DNA from: Clostridia bacterium
Lineage (GTDB): Bacteria; Bacillota; Clostridia; Christensenellales; Aristaeellaceae
Reading direction: 5' to 3'
DNA length: 64,000 nt
Assembly (NCBI GenBank): GCA_017469025.1
Contig: JAFUHD010000292.1
Coordinates: 1,539-65,538, forward strand
Shown here: in pieces, positions 62,897-64,000 of the stretch
How the letters are laid out: every line of letters begins with the position of its first letter
Position numbering within the stretch: position 1 is the first letter of the stretch
Translations under genes and position numbers: made by a program
Notes under the pieces: model-generated
What the model saw: the letters and a program-made list of their open reading frames with translations, nothing else
Told to the model about the DNA's origin: nothing
The model's database searches: none

Positions 62897-64000
62897 ATGG
62901 CATCGAAGCATCTGCTTGAAATCCGGAATCTGGTCACAACCTTCCGTTCGGACAACAGGGAATTCAACGCCATAGAGGGCGTGAGCATGCATGTGGACCG
63001 CGGCGAAATTGTCGGTATTGTCGGCGAAAGCGGCTCCGGCAAGTCGGTTACCATGCTTTCAAGTCTGCAGCTGATTGCCAGCCCGGGCCGTGTAGCCGGC
63101 GGCGAGGTTTATCTGGAGGGTGTAAAGGATAACCTTCTCAGCTACGGAAGCGACAGTGAGGAAATGCGTCAGATCCGCGGCGGCCGCATTTCCATGATTT
63201 TCCAGGAGCCGATGACCAGTCTGAATCCTGTTCTGACAGTTGGATATCAGATTCAGGAAAACATTCTGCTTCACAAAAAGGTTACACCGGAAGAGGCAAA
63301 ACGCAGAACGATTGAGGCCATGAAGATGGTCAATATACCGGATGCGGAAACACGGTATGATTACTATCCGCAGCAGTTTTCCGGCGGAATGCGCCAGCGC
63401 ATTATGATTGCCATGGCGATGGCTCCGGGGCCGGACATCCTGATTGCCGATGAGGCAACGACGGCACTGGATGTGACAACGCAGGCCCAGCTGCTTGAAA
63501 TGATCCGTGATATTGCCAAGAAGACCAATACGGCCGTGATTATGGTTACGCACAACCTCGGTCTGGTCGCACGCTATGCAGAACGGATTTATGTCATGTA
63601 TGGCGGACATATCATGGAAACCAGCGACTGTGTTGAGGTGTTCCACAATACGAAACATCCTTATACCCGTGCGCTTCTCAGAGCGATTCCGCGTCTGGAT
63701 GATCCCAAGGACCGTGTCCTGATTCCGATTGACGGGCTTCCGCCAGTGCCGTCCCAGCGCCCGCCGTACTGTCCGTTCTACGAGCGCTGTGAGTACCGCT
63801 GTGATGCCTGTAAGGCAAATACGGATTATTCGCTCAAGCAGGTTGGTGAGAACCACTGGTCCAGCTGTATTCTGACACAGCAGCAGCTGGACGAGGGAGC
63901 AGAGGCACTGCTGCACAAGAATTACGGTGAGTCGCCTGTGCGTCCGCAGCTGGATGATTACTGTCTCAAGGTCTCCAATGTCCGCAAGTATTTCCCGGTT
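62897..64000 (+). CDS. Peptide ABC transporter ATP-binding protein, apparently a fused OppD-OppF type (3' partial, runs off the window)
   Basis: This frame is not in the ORF track because no stop is reached. ATG 62897 follows AAGGAAGGGGG. Walker A is GESGSGKS, the signature is FSGGMRQR, Walker B is [12 protein letters not shown] and an HPYTRALL C-terminal block is present. The frame then continues into [12 protein letters not shown], which looks like the start of a second ABC domain. Confidence 0.85.
   Translation, partial: MASKHLLEIRNLVTTFRSDNREFNAIEGVSMHVDRGEIVGIVGESGSGKSVTMLSSLQLIASPGRVAGGEVYLEGVKDNLLSYGSDSEEMRQIRGGRISMIFQEPMTSLNPVLTVGYQIQENILLHKKVTPEEAKRRTIEAMKMVNIPDAETRYDYYPQQFSGGMRQRIMIAMAMAPGPDILIADEATTALDVTTQAQLLEMIRDIAKKTNTAVIMVTHNLGLVARYAERIYVMYGGHIMETSDCVEVFHNTKHPYTRALLRAIPRLDDPKDRVLIPIDGLPPVPSQRPPYCPFYERCEYRCDACKANTDYSLKQVGENHWSSCILTQQQLDEGAEALLHKNYGESPVRPQLDDYCLKVSNVRKYFPV

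Overview
The window looks like a chromosomal segment from a low-to-mid GC Gram-positive anaerobe, probably Clostridia or Lachnospiraceae-like. This placement is an inference from strong GGAGG Shine-Dalgarno sites, TTATCCACA DnaA boxes and gene content. About 55 protein genes can be supported, most of them housekeeping or carbohydrate-related:
- tandem Hsp20 genes, GH31, a solitary tRNA-Thr(GGU), an M23 peptidase, a HAD plus DEDDh exonuclease pair, and TrmO
- dnaN-recF, CvpA, kduI-kduD, an M55 peptidase, deoD, an RsmF-like methyltransferase and PRPP synthetase
- a sugar ABC importer, a SufC/SufD-like pair with a Crp/Fnr regulator, and malic enzyme
- a heterodimeric ABC exporter, a GH2/GH88-105/DUF4038-type glycosidase cluster, two dehydrogenases and a PanE-like reductase
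- an Opp/Dpp-type peptide ABC system

No CRISPR array, transposase, integrase or rRNA was seen.

The most interesting signals are:
1. An operon joins a 1268-aa signal-less BspA-type LRR protein to a DUF2201-type VWA protein with a degenerate HExxH motif and a MoxR/CbbQ-like AAA+ ATPase. Two more cytoplasmic LRR paralogs lie nearby.
2. An ~85-nt structured repeat family sits in tandem, partly decayed arrays directly 5' of the Shine-Dalgarno sites of unrelated genes. Compensatory base changes between copies support an RNA structure.
3. An oriC-like DnaA-box and AT-rich region lies upstream of dnaN, and a second box cluster follows recF. Neither dnaA nor gyrB is present.
4. An HTH-HisKA-REC protein lacks a kinase catalytic domain.
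5. A PrpR-type enhancer-binding-protein homolog has degenerate Walker and GAFTGA motifs and sits next to a sigma-70-type promoter.
6. An FNR-type box lies at about -41 of the sufC-like promoter.

All coordinates were counted by hand. No database searches or computed statistics were available.
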